From contig CABXRO010000001.1 of the NCBI GenBank assembly GCA_902514645.1, positions 23,301 to 87,300 on the forward strand: 64,000 bases of DNA, in the 5' to 3' direction. The position numbers were made by a program, and so were the translations under genes. The stretch is from an uncultured SAR86 cluster bacterium (GTDB lineage Bacteria; Pseudomonadota; Gammaproteobacteria; Magnimaribacterales; AG-339-G14). Numbering within the stretch: the first letter of the stretch is position 1; every line of letters begins with the position of its first letter. The notes under the pieces were generated by a model, which was not told the DNA's origin, searched no databases, and saw only the letters and a program-made list of their open reading frames with translations. Below are positions 29,776-39,515 of this stretch, one piece after another.

Positions 29776-30185
29776 TAGAAATTTGGTTCTGAGGCTATTG
29801 AAATATCTATTACACCGGCCTCTCTTACTTCATCCATTACATCGATAATAGTATCTGCTGTAGATTTTTCATCTGCCTGGATCACTACTGTACCTTGAGG
29901 GTTTTCTGCAATCATTCTTATTACATTAGCCTTAACTTGTCTAACGTCTATTCTTCTCCCGTCCATGTAAATTTCACCGGCAGCACCAATTGCAATAAGA
30001 ATAGCAGCATTCTCAGTTACTTCTGCTGTTTCAGAGTCTGGCCTATTTATTTCTAGCCCAGGTTCTTTTATAAAGTTTGCTGTAACTATGAAAAAGATTA
30101 AAAGAATAAATACAACATCCAACATTGGGGTAATATTTGGTTCATCCTTTTCTTCGACTGCTTGACTGATTAGTGATCTTCTCAT
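29775..30185 (-). CDS. exbD: Biopolymer transport protein ExbD/TolR
   Basis: 136 aa. NITPMLDVVFILLIFFIVT TM with the conserved Asp. Confidence 0.9.
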   Translation of the reverse strand: MRRSLISQAVEEKDEPNITPMLDVVFILLIFFIVTANFIKEPGLEINRPDSETAEVTENAAILIAIGAAGEIYMDGRRIDVRQVKANVIRMIAENPQGTVVIQADEKSTADTIIDVMDEVREAGVIDISIASEPNF

Positions 30186-30191
30186 TTTTTT

Positions 30192-30716
30192 TTACTCAAA
30201 AGTTAAGTGTTCTTGTAATAAATCTGATTGTTTTTTTGCTTTTTCTTCGAGAATTCTTGAAGCAAAAGTTGCAGGAATAGCTGCCATTAATCCGGCCATT
30301 GCAGGAATAGTAGATTTGGCTACTCCCCCTGCCATTGCTTTGGCATCACCACCCCCTGTGACAGCAAGGATATGAAAAACCTCAATCATGCCTAAAATAG
30401 TTCCCAGTAAACCCAACAAAGGCGCCAAGACTATTGCCACTCTTATATACTCAAGATTAGCTTTTATCTTTACGTTAGCCTTAGAAATCAACATTGTTCT
30501 GATTTGATGACCTGACCATGATTTATGATTAGGAGTTTCTTGCCAAATATTTTGAATATCTTTTTCAACATCTTCATGAATGTATTTAAAATACCAAAAC
30601 CTTTCTAGAATAAAACTCCACATTAAAATAATCAACAAGCCTATAAAAAGGACCACCCCGCCCCCTTTTTCAAAGAAATCTAAAAGAGTATCTTGAAGTC
30701 CAAATAGGAAAGCCAT
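30192..30716 (-). CDS. exbB: MotA/TolQ/ExbB proton-channel protein (short)
   Basis: 174 aa. Conserved LGLLGTILGMIEVF ... ALVTT-like C-terminal helices. Confidence 0.88.
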   Translation of the reverse strand: MAFLFGLQDTLLDFFEKGGGVVLFIGLLIILMWSFILERFWYFKYIHEDVEKDIQNIWQETPNHKSWSGHQIRTMLISKANVKIKANLEYIRVAIVLAPLLGLLGTILGMIEVFHILAVTGGGDAKAMAGGVAKSTIPAMAGLMAAIPATFASRILEEKAKKQSDLLQEHLTFE

Positions 30717-30722
30717 CTTGAA

Positions 30723-32096
30723 TTATGCTTTGTTTTCTTCTGAGGCAGTAGCAATCATTCCGGTGCTTTGTTCTTCTAGGACAGTAAGAATATTTTTTGC
30801 GTAATTAGCCATAATTGCAGCCATAAAGGTAGCTGGAATGGCTGTCATTAAGCCTAACATTGTCGTCACTAATGCTTCAGAAATTCCATTTGCCATTGTT
30901 TTAGGGTCTCCGGTACCGAACAAAGTTATTGCTTGGAAAGTATTAATCATTCCAGTAATTGTTCCAAATAAACCAAGTAATGGAGCAACAACTGAAATTA
31001 GTCTTACCAACCAGATTCCAGTATCAATTGAAGATCTTTCAAATAATATTTGTTCGGCAAGCTTTAACTCTAAGGTCTCTACGTCTGAACCTTTATTTTG
31101 TTCAGCTACATCGAAAATTCTTGAAAGAGGATTATTGCCTAACTTAGATCCAGATGCTTCTTTTTTGACGTTCTTATCTAAATTGAAAAGTATGTAAGTT
31201 CTCCATCCAAATATTCCTGTAGCCAGGATGAATAAAAGAATAATTGTGTAACCAGTGATCCTTCCATATTGAATTTGTTCAAAAAAACTAGGCAAAGAAA
31301 TTAAATTTGTTAACAAAGCTCCGCCTTGAGGGCCTGTGGGGTCAACTGCAAATTCAACAAAACCTGTTGAGCTATCGTGGATATCATAAGTCCCGCCAAG
31401 ATATCTACCAGGTTGCCTTGGCAATGTCTCGTAAGCTCCTCTAGTTGGAAGATAAGTTAAATATCCTCCCTCAGTAACAGCATTAAAGTTTCCAACTCTA
31501 ACAACACTTTCTTGAGAGGTTTGACCTTCGTTATCAACAACAGTTGCTGTAAATTTTTGAACGTTTCCAGAAGCTATTAACTCTCTTTGAAGCTCATACC
31601 AAAGTCTTTCTAGCTCTTCTATTGAAGCAAGACTTATTCCTTCTCCCATTCGCTTAGAAAGGTCTTTTAAGAAAATTTCTCTGTTTTGGCCAAACTGCCC
31701 CGAAGTAACAGCAGATTCAAACTGTTGTTGAGTATCTGAAGCAACTCCCTGCAAATGTCCAAAGGTTTCATAAAGTGAACCTAACCTTGTTTTAAGCTGC
31801 TCTTCTAAAACAACAAGTTTTGCGTCGTTTGCTTCGAACCTTCCCTCTAGTTCGGTAGCAATGGCTTCTAGCCTTGATCTTTCTGCTTTAGCATTCGCTA
31901 ATAATGTAGCTTGTCTGCTTCTTTCCCTGGCAAATTTTTGCTCTCTTTCGGTTGCTTCCTCAGATTCAGCAAATTTTCCTTGCTGAACGAGTTCTAAAAG
32001 TTGCTCTAAAGATAATGCTGTATCAGGCTTTTCCTCTTGTGCATAAGAAAATGAAGAAGATAAGATTATTAAAAAAATAAGAATTTTAGTTTTCAT
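30723..32096 (-). CDS. Long MotA/TolQ/ExbB-family protein with periplasmic coiled-coil N-domain (TtpC-like)
   Basis: 457 aa. Signal peptide, a roughly 270-aa soluble region, then the ExbB channel core (PLLGLFGTITGMINTF...EALVTTMLGL). Confidence 0.85.
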   Translation of the reverse strand: MKTKILIFLIILSSSFSYAQEEKPDTALSLEQLLELVQQGKFAESEEATEREQKFARERSRQATLLANAKAERSRLEAIATELEGRFEANDAKLVVLEEQLKTRLGSLYETFGHLQGVASDTQQQFESAVTSGQFGQNREIFLKDLSKRMGEGISLASIEELERLWYELQRELIASGNVQKFTATVVDNEGQTSQESVVRVGNFNAVTEGGYLTYLPTRGAYETLPRQPGRYLGGTYDIHDSSTGFVEFAVDPTGPQGGALLTNLISLPSFFEQIQYGRITGYTIILLFILATGIFGWRTYILFNLDKNVKKEASGSKLGNNPLSRIFDVAEQNKGSDVETLELKLAEQILFERSSIDTGIWLVRLISVVAPLLGLFGTITGMINTFQAITLFGTGDPKTMANGISEALVTTMLGLMTAIPATFMAAIMANYAKNILTVLEEQSTGMIATASEENKA

Positions 32097-32860
32097 TGAA
32101 CTACCTCCGCTGCAGGTATAGGGAGTTCTAAAATATCAACAGTTTTTACCTTCTTAGCCATAGCTATGCCATCTCTAATGGAGTTTCTAAATCTTCCAGG
32201 TAAAGATTCCCAGGACTGGGTTTCTTTGTTGTAAATTCCAGTTTCTGAAAGATCGGAAGTTTGATATGCAAGAACCAACCTTCCAATTCTTAAAATATTT
32301 ACATCTCTTTCTTGGTCTTCAATGAGAATAGTATCTTTGTATGTATCAATTTTTCTTCCATACTCAGATTCAACTGAATATCCATCTAGGACTTGTCTTA
32401 GTTTTTCAGCAGGTGAAACAACAGGATTGTCTAAAGCTGCCTGAATAAATGAAAGTCTTTCTGTTCTTTCCCCGGCTCTAAAAGGTATATCCAATGAAAC
32501 AAACTGCTTTAGACCTTCAAACATTCTTCTTGCTAGAGGGGGAATTTGGCGCTGAAGAATAGTAGAGTCTTTCATTGTTTTCTCTATTTCTTTCATTCTT
32601 TCAACTTGACGTTTAATTTGTTTTCTTTTTTGTGCGTTGTAGACTTTCAAACCTTCTATCTGTTTGCTGACACTTTTATATTCAGCTGAATCTTTATCGG
32701 TTTTTTCTTGGAAAGAGTCTATTTTTTGTTGAGAAGCTTGTGCTATCAACGCTCTTTCTGTATTTACTTCTAATACTGGCTCAAGCTGAGCACTTAAATA
32801 TAATGATGCAGTTAGTAAAAAAAACGTTAAAATTGCTCTATTTAACTTGATTAGTAACAT
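32093..32860 (-). CDS. DUF3450-family periplasmic protein (TtpB-like, first gene of the TonB2-type cluster)
   Basis: 255 aa. Signal peptide plus coiled-coil. ATGA overlap with the TtpC-like gene. Confidence 0.7.
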   Translation of the reverse strand: MLLIKLNRAILTFFLLTASLYLSAQLEPVLEVNTERALIAQASQQKIDSFQEKTDKDSAEYKSVSKQIEGLKVYNAQKRKQIKRQVERMKEIEKTMKDSTILQRQIPPLARRMFEGLKQFVSLDIPFRAGERTERLSFIQAALDNPVVSPAEKLRQVLDGYSVESEYGRKIDTYKDTILIEDQERDVNILRIGRLVLAYQTSDLSETGIYNKETQSWESLPGRFRNSIRDGIAMAKKVKTVDILELPIPAAEVVQ

Positions 32861-32892
32861 TATTAATCCCCTGATTATTTTAAGATTAAAGC

Positions 32893-32928
32893 AAAAAAAA
32901 TGGTCTAAAACTAGCTATGTTTTGACCA
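32893..32928 (-). terminator. Terminator-like hairpin plus U8 in the leader of the TonB2-type operon
   Basis: Minus-strand RNA UGGUCAAAAC-AUAGCUA-GUUUU(A)GACCA followed by U8. It lies 32 nt upstream of the DUF3450 start and downstream of a TTGCAA-N17-TAAAGT promoter-like pair (32967-32939). Confidence 0.4.
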
Positions 32929-33011
32929 CTGGAAATAAACTTTATGGTTAAAACAAGATATTTGCAACTTCTATTATTTTTTCCTAAAGAGTTAGTGAAC
33001 ATATATTTTTA

Positions 33012-33581
33012 ATGAGTCAAGTAAGTACTAATGAATTCAAACAAGGTTTAAAGATTGTCCTTGATAAAAATCCTTGTGAAATTATTGAACATGAGTTTCA
33101 TAAGCCAGGAAAAGGTCAAGCTGTCATGAGGATAAAATACAGGGATTTACTTACTAATAGGGTTTTGGAAAAGACTTTCAAGACTGGTGAGTCTGTAGAT
33201 AAGGCAGAAATTACAAGTAAAGAAATGCAATTTTTATACAAAGAGAATGAAAATATTATTTTGATGGATACTACAAATTATGAGCAATTTGAATGTGATG
33301 AATCAAAAATTCAAAAGCAAATAGTCTGGATGAAAGAAGGAGCTAACTATGAAATTATATTCTGGGAAGATACGTTAATTTCGGTTGAAATAGATAATTT
33401 TGTCGATATTTTAGTAAGGGATACGGATCCTGGTTTGAAAGGCGATACTGCTACAAATACTTTCAAGCCAGCTATTTTAGAAAATGGTATTGAAATAAAG
33501 GTACCTTTATTTATTTCTTCAGGAGATTTCATTACAGTCGATACAAGAAATATGGAATATCAAGGAAGAGTTAATAAGTGA
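33012..33581 (+). CDS. efp: Elongation factor P (Lys-type loop KPGKGQA)
   Basis: STNEFKQGLKI..., HKPGKGQAVMRIKYRDLLT, and a full three-domain length (189 aa). Confidence 0.95.
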   Translation: MSQVSTNEFKQGLKIVLDKNPCEIIEHEFHKPGKGQAVMRIKYRDLLTNRVLEKTFKTGESVDKAEITSKEMQFLYKENENIILMDTTNYEQFECDESKIQKQIVWMKEGANYEIIFWEDTLISVEIDNFVDILVRDTDPGLKGDTATNTFKPAILENGIEIKVPLFISSGDFITVDTRNMEYQGRVNK

Positions 33582-35269
33582 AAAACAAAATTTTAAAATC
33601 TTTGCAAGAAGTCTCTCTAAAAATTTTTCCAGAGTTCACTGGTAAATTTCAAGTCACAAAGCCTCAAGATTCAATTCATGGCGATTGGTCTTCAAATTTA
33701 GCGCTGATTATGGCTAAACAAATGAAAAAGAATCCACGTGAGCTTGCAATTGAAATTATAAGTTCTTTAGGAGATTTAGATTACTCTGAAAAAATAGAAG
33801 TTGCTGGAGCGGGATTTATAAATATTTATCTGAAAGAGGATATATTTTTTAGTCAAATAAAAAATTATGCTCTGGGAAATTTTAAAGGTCTTTTGGTAGA
33901 AGAAAAACCAAGAAAAATTCTCTTGGAGTATGTATCAAGCAATCCTACAGGCCCTATCCATGTTGGTCACGGAAGATCAGCAGCTTTTGGCTCTGCTTTA
34001 GCAAATCTATTGAAAGTAGCCGGAAATAAAGTAACCCAAGAATACTATGTGAATGATAGAGGTCTTCAGGCTAAAACTTTGGGCTTAAGTGTCTTCATAA
34101 GAATGCAAGAATTAACTAATAAAAAAGTTTCTTTGCCTGAAGGTTGTTATGCTGGGGAGTACGTAAAAGTCCTTGCTTTAAAAGCTCAAAAACATTTTAA
34201 AAATAAATATGTTTTAAAAAATTCTGACAATCTTTTTTTTAAAACAATAAATGAATGGTTTGATTACATTGATTCTAATTTCGATAATTTTTTAGAGCTA
34301 TCAAATTACGTTATAAGACTTCAAACAGATGAAATAAAAAAAGATTTAAAGGTTTTTAAAGTCGAATTTGATAACTGGTTTAATGAATCGAGCTTATATG
34401 AAAAGGACCTAATTCGAACAACCATAAGCAATTTAAAAAATGATGAGATAGAAAAAAAAGATGGTGCATTATGGTTCAAGTCAACAAACTATGGTGACGA
34501 AAAGGATAGAGTACTTATAAGAGATAATGAAGAACCGACATATTTTGCATCGGATATTGCTTACCACGAAAATAAATTTAATAGGAATTATGATGAAATC
34601 ATAAATATTTGGGGGGCGGACCATCATGGTTATATCCCAAGAGTTAAAGCCTCAATTGAATCCTTGGGCTTAGATTCTAAAAAGTTAAAAACTCTTCTTA
34701 TACAATTTGTTTCTCTCAAAGAAAAAGGACATAAAGTCCAAATGTCTACCAGATCCGGAGAGTTCGTTGAGTTATCTAAATTAATAGATGAAGTGGGTAT
34801 TGATTCTGCTAGGTATTATTTTTTAGCAAGAAAAACTGAACAAGCTCTAGAATTTGATATCGACCTAGCCAAAAAAACAAACAAAGACAATCACGTTTAT
34901 TATATCCAATATGCTCATGCAAGAATTTGCAGCATAAAAAAAGAACTAAAAAAAAGAAAAATTAATTTTGATTTGAAGTCATCACTGGAAAAATTAAATT
35001 TATTAAAAGAAAACGAAAAAGAAATTATATCTTTGGTAAACGGCTATCCTGAAATTCTTAAGCAATGTTATAAAAACAATGAGCTTCATCCTTTATGTTT
35101 TTATCTAAGAGATTTAAGTTCTAAATTTCATAGCTTTTATAATGCTGAAAAGATTATTTCCGATGATAAAGATTACTCAGATGCAAAGATTGCCCTTTCG
35201 ACTGCTATTCAAGAAATAATTAATAATGGTCTTAATATTTTGGGAGTTGATTGTCCGGAAGCAATGTAA
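33578..35269 (+). CDS. argS: Arginine--tRNA ligase
   Basis: SSNPTGPIHVGHGR (HIGH region), MSTRSG (KMSKS-equivalent) and a C-terminal anticodon-binding domain. GTG start in a GTGA overlap with efp. Confidence 0.95.
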   Translation: MKNKILKSLQEVSLKIFPEFTGKFQVTKPQDSIHGDWSSNLALIMAKQMKKNPRELAIEIISSLGDLDYSEKIEVAGAGFINIYLKEDIFFSQIKNYALGNFKGLLVEEKPRKILLEYVSSNPTGPIHVGHGRSAAFGSALANLLKVAGNKVTQEYYVNDRGLQAKTLGLSVFIRMQELTNKKVSLPEGCYAGEYVKVLALKAQKHFKNKYVLKNSDNLFFKTINEWFDYIDSNFDNFLELSNYVIRLQTDEIKKDLKVFKVEFDNWFNESSLYEKDLIRTTISNLKNDEIEKKDGALWFKSTNYGDEKDRVLIRDNEEPTYFASDIAYHENKFNRNYDEIINIWGADHHGYIPRVKASIESLGLDSKKLKTLLIQFVSLKEKGHKVQMSTRSGEFVELSKLIDEVGIDSARYYFLARKTEQALEFDIDLAKKTNKDNHVYYIQYAHARICSIKKELKKRKINFDLKSSLEKLNLLKENEKEIISLVNGYPEILKQCYKNNELHPLCFYLRDLSSKFHSFYNAEKIISDDKDYSDAKIALSTAIQEIINNGLNILGVDCPEAM

Positions 35270-35934
35270 TGGAAAACATTAAAGACAAGATAAAAATAGT
35301 CCAGTCGAAAATTGAAGAATCAAAAATAAATAAAAATGTAAAACTTGTTGCAGTAAGTAAAAAAAAATCTTGGCAGGAAATTTTGGAAGCTTATGAGAAT
35401 GGAATTAATGATTTTGGAGAAAATTATTTACAAGAGTCTTTAGAAAAGATTTCAAAACTAAAGGATTCTAAGATTAATTGGCATTTTATTGGGAAAATTC
35501 AATCAAATAAATGTGAAGAAATAGCTAAAAATTTCGATTGGGTTCACACAATTGATAGATTAAAAATTGCTAGGTTAATTGATAAATACTGCCCAGAAAA
35601 TAAGCGCATAAATTGTTTGATACAGATAAATATAGATAACGAAGACTCAAAATCTGGAATTAAGCTAGAAGAAGTAGAGAATTTTTTAAATGAGTTATCT
35701 GATCTAAGAAAAATCAAAATTTGTGGATTAATGATAATCCCAAATCCAAATGTGGAATTTTCAGATCTGCAACAAACCTTCAGGAAGATTAAGGTGCTTT
35801 CAGATAAGCTAATAAAAAATTATGAGAATCTAACTGAAATTTCTATGGGGATGTCTAGAGATTTCGAATTAGCAATAAAAGAGGGTTCCACTATAGTAAG
35901 ATTGGGAGAAACTATATTTGGAGCAAGAAATTAA
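35269..35934 (+). CDS. yggS: PLP-homeostasis protein YggS (COG0325)
   Basis: VKLVAVSKKK (PLP lysine), DFGENYLQE, WHFIGKIQSNK, SMGMS. ATG at 35269 forms a TAATG overlap with argS; the track's TTG at 35251 is less likely. Confidence 0.88.
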   Translation: MENIKDKIKIVQSKIEESKINKNVKLVAVSKKKSWQEILEAYENGINDFGENYLQESLEKISKLKDSKINWHFIGKIQSNKCEEIAKNFDWVHTIDRLKIARLIDKYCPENKRINCLIQINIDNEDSKSGIKLEEVENFLNELSDLRKIKICGLMIIPNPNVEFSDLQQTFRKIKVLSDKLIKNYENLTEISMGMSRDFELAIKEGSTIVRLGETIFGARN

Positions 35935-36690
35935 ATGAAAATAGGTTTTATTGGTGTTGGAAATCTTGGAGAAAAAGCAGTCAAAAAGCTTTCTAAAAGT
36001 TATGATCTATTTCTGTCAGATCCAATTGAAAAAGACGAACTCAAAATAGTTACAAATGGCTATTTTTCTTTGGAAGAGACAATAAATTCTTCTGATGCAA
36101 TCTTTTTTACAATAAAGCCTAATATGATTGGAGAAATATTTTCTAAAAATATTTTTAACTTGCAGGATAAGACTTTTATATCTTTTATGGCTGGATTAAG
36201 TCTTGATAAAATTCATGAACTCATAGGAGTGGAAACAAAACTTATCAGAGGAATGCCAACAGTAGGTATTGGAACTGGGGATAGTGCTATTGCTGTCACA
36301 TCAAACATTTCCATTTCTCAAGAAGTTAAGAATATGCTTTCCAAGCTTGGCTCAGTTATTGAAATGAAAGAAGAGTTTTTTGATGCTTTCACTGCCATAG
36401 TTGGAGCTGGACCTGCTTACTTTGCGCTTTTGGCGGAAACCTTAGTTGAAATAGCTCATAAGGAAGGCTTTGAGAAACCTGAATCCTGGGTAAATACTCT
36501 CATGTTAGGAACATCAAAAATATATGATGAAAAAAAAGATATTGGTTTTGAGAACATCATGGCTATGGTAGCTTCAAAAGGCGGGGTTACTGAAAAAGCT
36601 TTAGAAGCAATGAAAGAAAACGGCTTCAAGACAATAGTTTCTGATGCTATAAAAATGGCAATAGAAAGGTCAAAAGAATTAGGTAAATAA
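35935..36690 (+). CDS. proC: Pyrroline-5-carboxylate reductase
   Basis: MKIGFIGVGNLG Rossmann start and C-terminal ASKGGVTEKALE motif. Conserved yggS-proC-yggT order. Confidence 0.88.
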   Translation: MKIGFIGVGNLGEKAVKKLSKSYDLFLSDPIEKDELKIVTNGYFSLEETINSSDAIFFTIKPNMIGEIFSKNIFNLQDKTFISFMAGLSLDKIHELIGVETKLIRGMPTVGIGTGDSAIAVTSNISISQEVKNMLSKLGSVIEMKEEFFDAFTAIVGAGPAYFALLAETLVEIAHKEGFEKPESWVNTLMLGTSKIYDEKKDIGFENIMAMVASKGGVTEKALEAMKENGFKTIVSDAIKMAIERSKELGK

Positions 36691-36692
36691 GT

Positions 36693-37247
36693 ATGAATCC
36701 AAACTTTGTGATATTCACATTCGTCAATTTAATTTCTATTGTTCTATCTATTTACTTTTTTTTTAGGATTTTTGAAGTAAATTTCAATAACGTTTTTGTT
36801 AGTCGTTCTTACACTTTTATTGAGCCTTTTTTAAAACCCTTTCGTATGATTCTTCCGGTGATATATCGAATCGATTTATCCTGTTTAGCTCTAATCTTTT
36901 TCTTTAAAGCTTTAGGTTTTTATATTTTTCTTTCAGGGAGTGAGATAGATTTTAACTTGAATGAGGCTTTGGCTTGGACTGCAATCAGCGTATTATTGGT
37001 GTTTAGTCAAATCCTAAGATATGGACTGTTCATATCCATTATCGGGAGCTGGGCTTTTCCTGCATCGCATAACCAATTTCTATCACTTTGTAACTCCATT
37101 ACAAATGTCTTATTAAAGCCATTTCAAAAATTCACTATTTTTGGCGGAATGGACTTCTCACCCATAATAGTTTTTTTTCTTTTAATACAAATTGATAGAA
37201 TTTTGTATAACGCAAAATTTTCTTTAGGTTTAACCAGTCTAATATAA
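36693..37247 (+). CDS. yggT: YggT-family membrane protein
   Basis: 184-aa polytopic protein in the conserved position after proC, with YGGT-like repeats. Confidence 0.72.
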   Translation: MNPNFVIFTFVNLISIVLSIYFFFRIFEVNFNNVFVSRSYTFIEPFLKPFRMILPVIYRIDLSCLALIFFFKALGFYIFLSGSEIDFNLNEALAWTAISVLLVFSQILRYGLFISIIGSWAFPASHNQFLSLCNSITNVLLKPFQKFTIFGGMDFSPIIVFFLLIQIDRILYNAKFSLGLTSLI

Positions 37248-38354
37248 ATGTCAGAAGATAATCGCCTCATTGTCGAACCACGAAAGTTTAAACACAACCA
37301 AAGTTTTCGCCTTGAATCGGGGGAGAGTTTAAATGGTTTTGAGCTTATTTATGAAACTTACGGAGAGTTAAACAAAGAAAAATCTAATGCCATTTTAATA
37401 TGTCATGCCCTAAGCGGTAATCATCATGCTGCTGGTATTTATTCAAAGGAAGATAAAAAACCTGGATGGTGGGATGAACTTATTGGGCCAGAAAAGGCCT
37501 TTGATACAAACAAATACTTTATTGTTTCTTTGAATAACCTAGGCGGATGTCATGGCTCTACTGGACCAGGTTCAACTCACGATCAAACTGGTAAAGAATT
37601 TGGTGCTAATTTTCCAATCGTTACAGTTTCTGATTGGGTTAACAGCCAAAATCTTTTGAGAGAAAAACTTAAAATTGAAAAATGGCTAAGCGTTGCTGGA
37701 GGAAGTCTTGGAGGAATGCAAGCTCTTCAATGGGCAATTGAATTTCCTGATAAATTATCCAAAGCTATTATCATTGCAGCCGCACCAAAGCTGAGTACTC
37801 AAAATATCGCTTTCAATGAAGTTGCAAGACAATCCATAATTTCGGATCCTGATTTTACAAAAGGAGATGCACATCCTGAAAAAGGATTGGGACTTGCGAG
37901 AATGTTAGGGCACATAACATATCTTTCTGAAGAGTCTATGAAAAATAAATTTGGTAGAGAGTTGAAAAAGGAAAAAATTGAATATGGCTTCGATGTTGAG
38001 TTTGAAATAGAAAGTTATTTAAGATACCAAGGAGCAAATTTTTCAAAAAGCTTTAATGCTCATACATATTTGCTGATGACGAAAGCATTAGATTATTTTG
38101 ATCCTGCAAAAAAAAATGACGGAAATCTATCTGAAACCCTTTCGGATGCAACATGTCAGTTCTTGGTTGTATCTTTTAAGTCTGATTGGAGATTTCCTTC
38201 AGAAAGATCCAAAGAAATCGTAGATGCCTTAATTCATGCAGAAAAAAAAGTAAGTTACTTAGATATTGATTCTATTCAAGGTCACGATAGTTTTTTGATG
38301 AAAAATGATAGATATGAAAATGCTATTAATAGTTTTTTAGAGGCAGATGTTTAA
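37248..38354 (+). CDS. metX: Homoserine O-acyltransferase (MetX type; acetyl versus succinyl not decidable here)
   Basis: ICHALSGNHH, nucleophile elbow GGSLGGMQALQW, C-terminal GHDSFL. Followed by metW. Confidence 0.92.
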   Translation: MSEDNRLIVEPRKFKHNQSFRLESGESLNGFELIYETYGELNKEKSNAILICHALSGNHHAAGIYSKEDKKPGWWDELIGPEKAFDTNKYFIVSLNNLGGCHGSTGPGSTHDQTGKEFGANFPIVTVSDWVNSQNLLREKLKIEKWLSVAGGSLGGMQALQWAIEFPDKLSKAIIIAAAPKLSTQNIAFNEVARQSIISDPDFTKGDAHPEKGLGLARMLGHITYLSEESMKNKFGRELKKEKIEYGFDVEFEIESYLRYQGANFSKSFNAHTYLLMTKALDYFDPAKKNDGNLSETLSDATCQFLVVSFKSDWRFPSERSKEIVDALIHAEKKVSYLDIDSIQGHDSFLMKNDRYENAINSFLEADV

Positions 38355-38931
38355 GATAAATGATTGGATTTCTCGAGACTCCAAAGTTCTAGATCTTGGT
38401 TGTGGAGATGGTTCCCTCCTTAATGATTTAAGGAAAGAAAAATCTGCTTCAGGTTTAGGTATTGAAATAGATTCAGAAAAAATTAAAAGCTGTTTAAAAA
38501 AAGGAATATCAGTTATCGAACAAGACATCGATAGTGGTTTGGAAAATTTTGGCAATCAATCCTTCGATTATGTGGTGATGAGTCAATCTATCCAAGCTCT
38601 TAAAAAACCTGAAGTAGCTTTAGAAGAGATTGTCCGAATTGGGAAAGAATGTATCGTTTCTATTCCTAATTTTGCAAATATTAAATGCAGGCTCCAACTT
38701 TTTTTTAAAGGACAAATGCCAGTTTCAAGTGCTTTACCTCATGAATGGTACTCAACGCCAAATTTACATCTTTGCTCTTTAGAGGATTTTGAGGAACTTT
38801 GTAAGAAATCCAATATTGCAATTATTGAGAGAAAACTTTCAAAAATAAATGGCGAAGAAAGTTTTCTAATGAAACTATTACCAAATCTATTTTCAGAAGT
38901 GGCTTTGTACAAACTTGTCAAAGAAAATTGA
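38347..38931 (+). CDS. metW: Methionine biosynthesis protein MetW
   Basis: SKVLDLGCGDGSLL SAM-MTase-like motif and 194 aa length. Overlaps metX by 8 nt. Confidence 0.9.
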   Translation: MFKINDWISRDSKVLDLGCGDGSLLNDLRKEKSASGLGIEIDSEKIKSCLKKGISVIEQDIDSGLENFGNQSFDYVVMSQSIQALKKPEVALEEIVRIGKECIVSIPNFANIKCRLQLFFKGQMPVSSALPHEWYSTPNLHLCSLEDFEELCKKSNIAIIERKLSKINGEESFLMKLLPNLFSEVALYKLVKEN

Positions 38932-39515
38932 AGATAGTAATTGCATCTTTTAACGAAGGTAAACTTAAAGAATTTAAAGACTTATTTAGTAAATCTAGTT
39001 TTGAAATTCTTTCTTTAAAAGACTTCGCAAGTGAAGACATTGACGAAACAGGTCAGTCTTATGAAGAAAATGCAATGTTGAAAGCAAAAAAAGCGAGTGA
39101 GCTTAGTAATTATTCGTCGCTTGGAGATGACTCAGGCCTTGAAGTTAAATTACTTAATAATGATCCTGGGCTTTTTTCTGCTAGATATTCAGGAAAAAAT
39201 GCGACTGATGAAACAAATATAAAAAAATTACTTAAAGAAACTAAAAATTTAGAAAATACTAAAGCAAAATTTGTTTCCACATTAGCATTCTACGATCCAC
39301 AAAAAAATCTTGAGCTTTTTTCCTTTGGAGAATTAGAAGGAGAAATCATTAAGGAAAAAAAAGGTGATAGAGGATTTGGTTATGATCCCATTTTTAAAAT
39401 TAAAAATTCTTGTAAAACTTTGGCAGAGGTTTCATTTAAAAAAAGAATGAAAATTAGTCACAGAGCAAAATCTACTCAAGAAATGCTTAAGCATTTAAAT
39501 CACTTATATAAGTAA
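38928..39515 (+). CDS. rdgB: dITP/XTP pyrophosphatase (RdgB/HAM1)
   Basis: KIVIASFNEGKLKEF, GDDSGLEV, GFGYDPIF, SHRAKS. TTG start in a TTGA overlap with metW. Confidence 0.88.
   Translation: MKIVIASFNEGKLKEFKDLFSKSSFEILSLKDFASEDIDETGQSYEENAMLKAKKASELSNYSSLGDDSGLEVKLLNNDPGLFSARYSGKNATDETNIKKLLKETKNLENTKAKFVSTLAFYDPQKNLELFSFGELEGEIIKEKKGDRGFGYDPIFKIKNSCKTLAEVSFKKRMKISHRAKSTQEMLKHLNHLYK

Noticed and set aside
30838-31197. 119-aa and 62-aa plus-strand ORFs inside the TtpC-like gene. Also 58288-58587, 58332-58583 and 58865-59116 around the kinase and CheY genes.
   Set aside because: They are shadow ORFs antisense to genes with unambiguous domain motifs.
32861-32900. A possible Fur box upstream of the TonB2-type operon.
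   Set aside because: I found only fragmentary ATAAT-like matches. Nothing is close to the 19-bp GATAATGATAATCATTATC consensus.
37200-37260. A SAM riboswitch (SAM-II/SAM-V type) upstream of metX, and a TPP riboswitch upstream of thiS.
   Set aside because: metX starts directly after the yggT stop and thiS starts 3 nt after the rpoH stop. There is no leader to hold a riboswitch.
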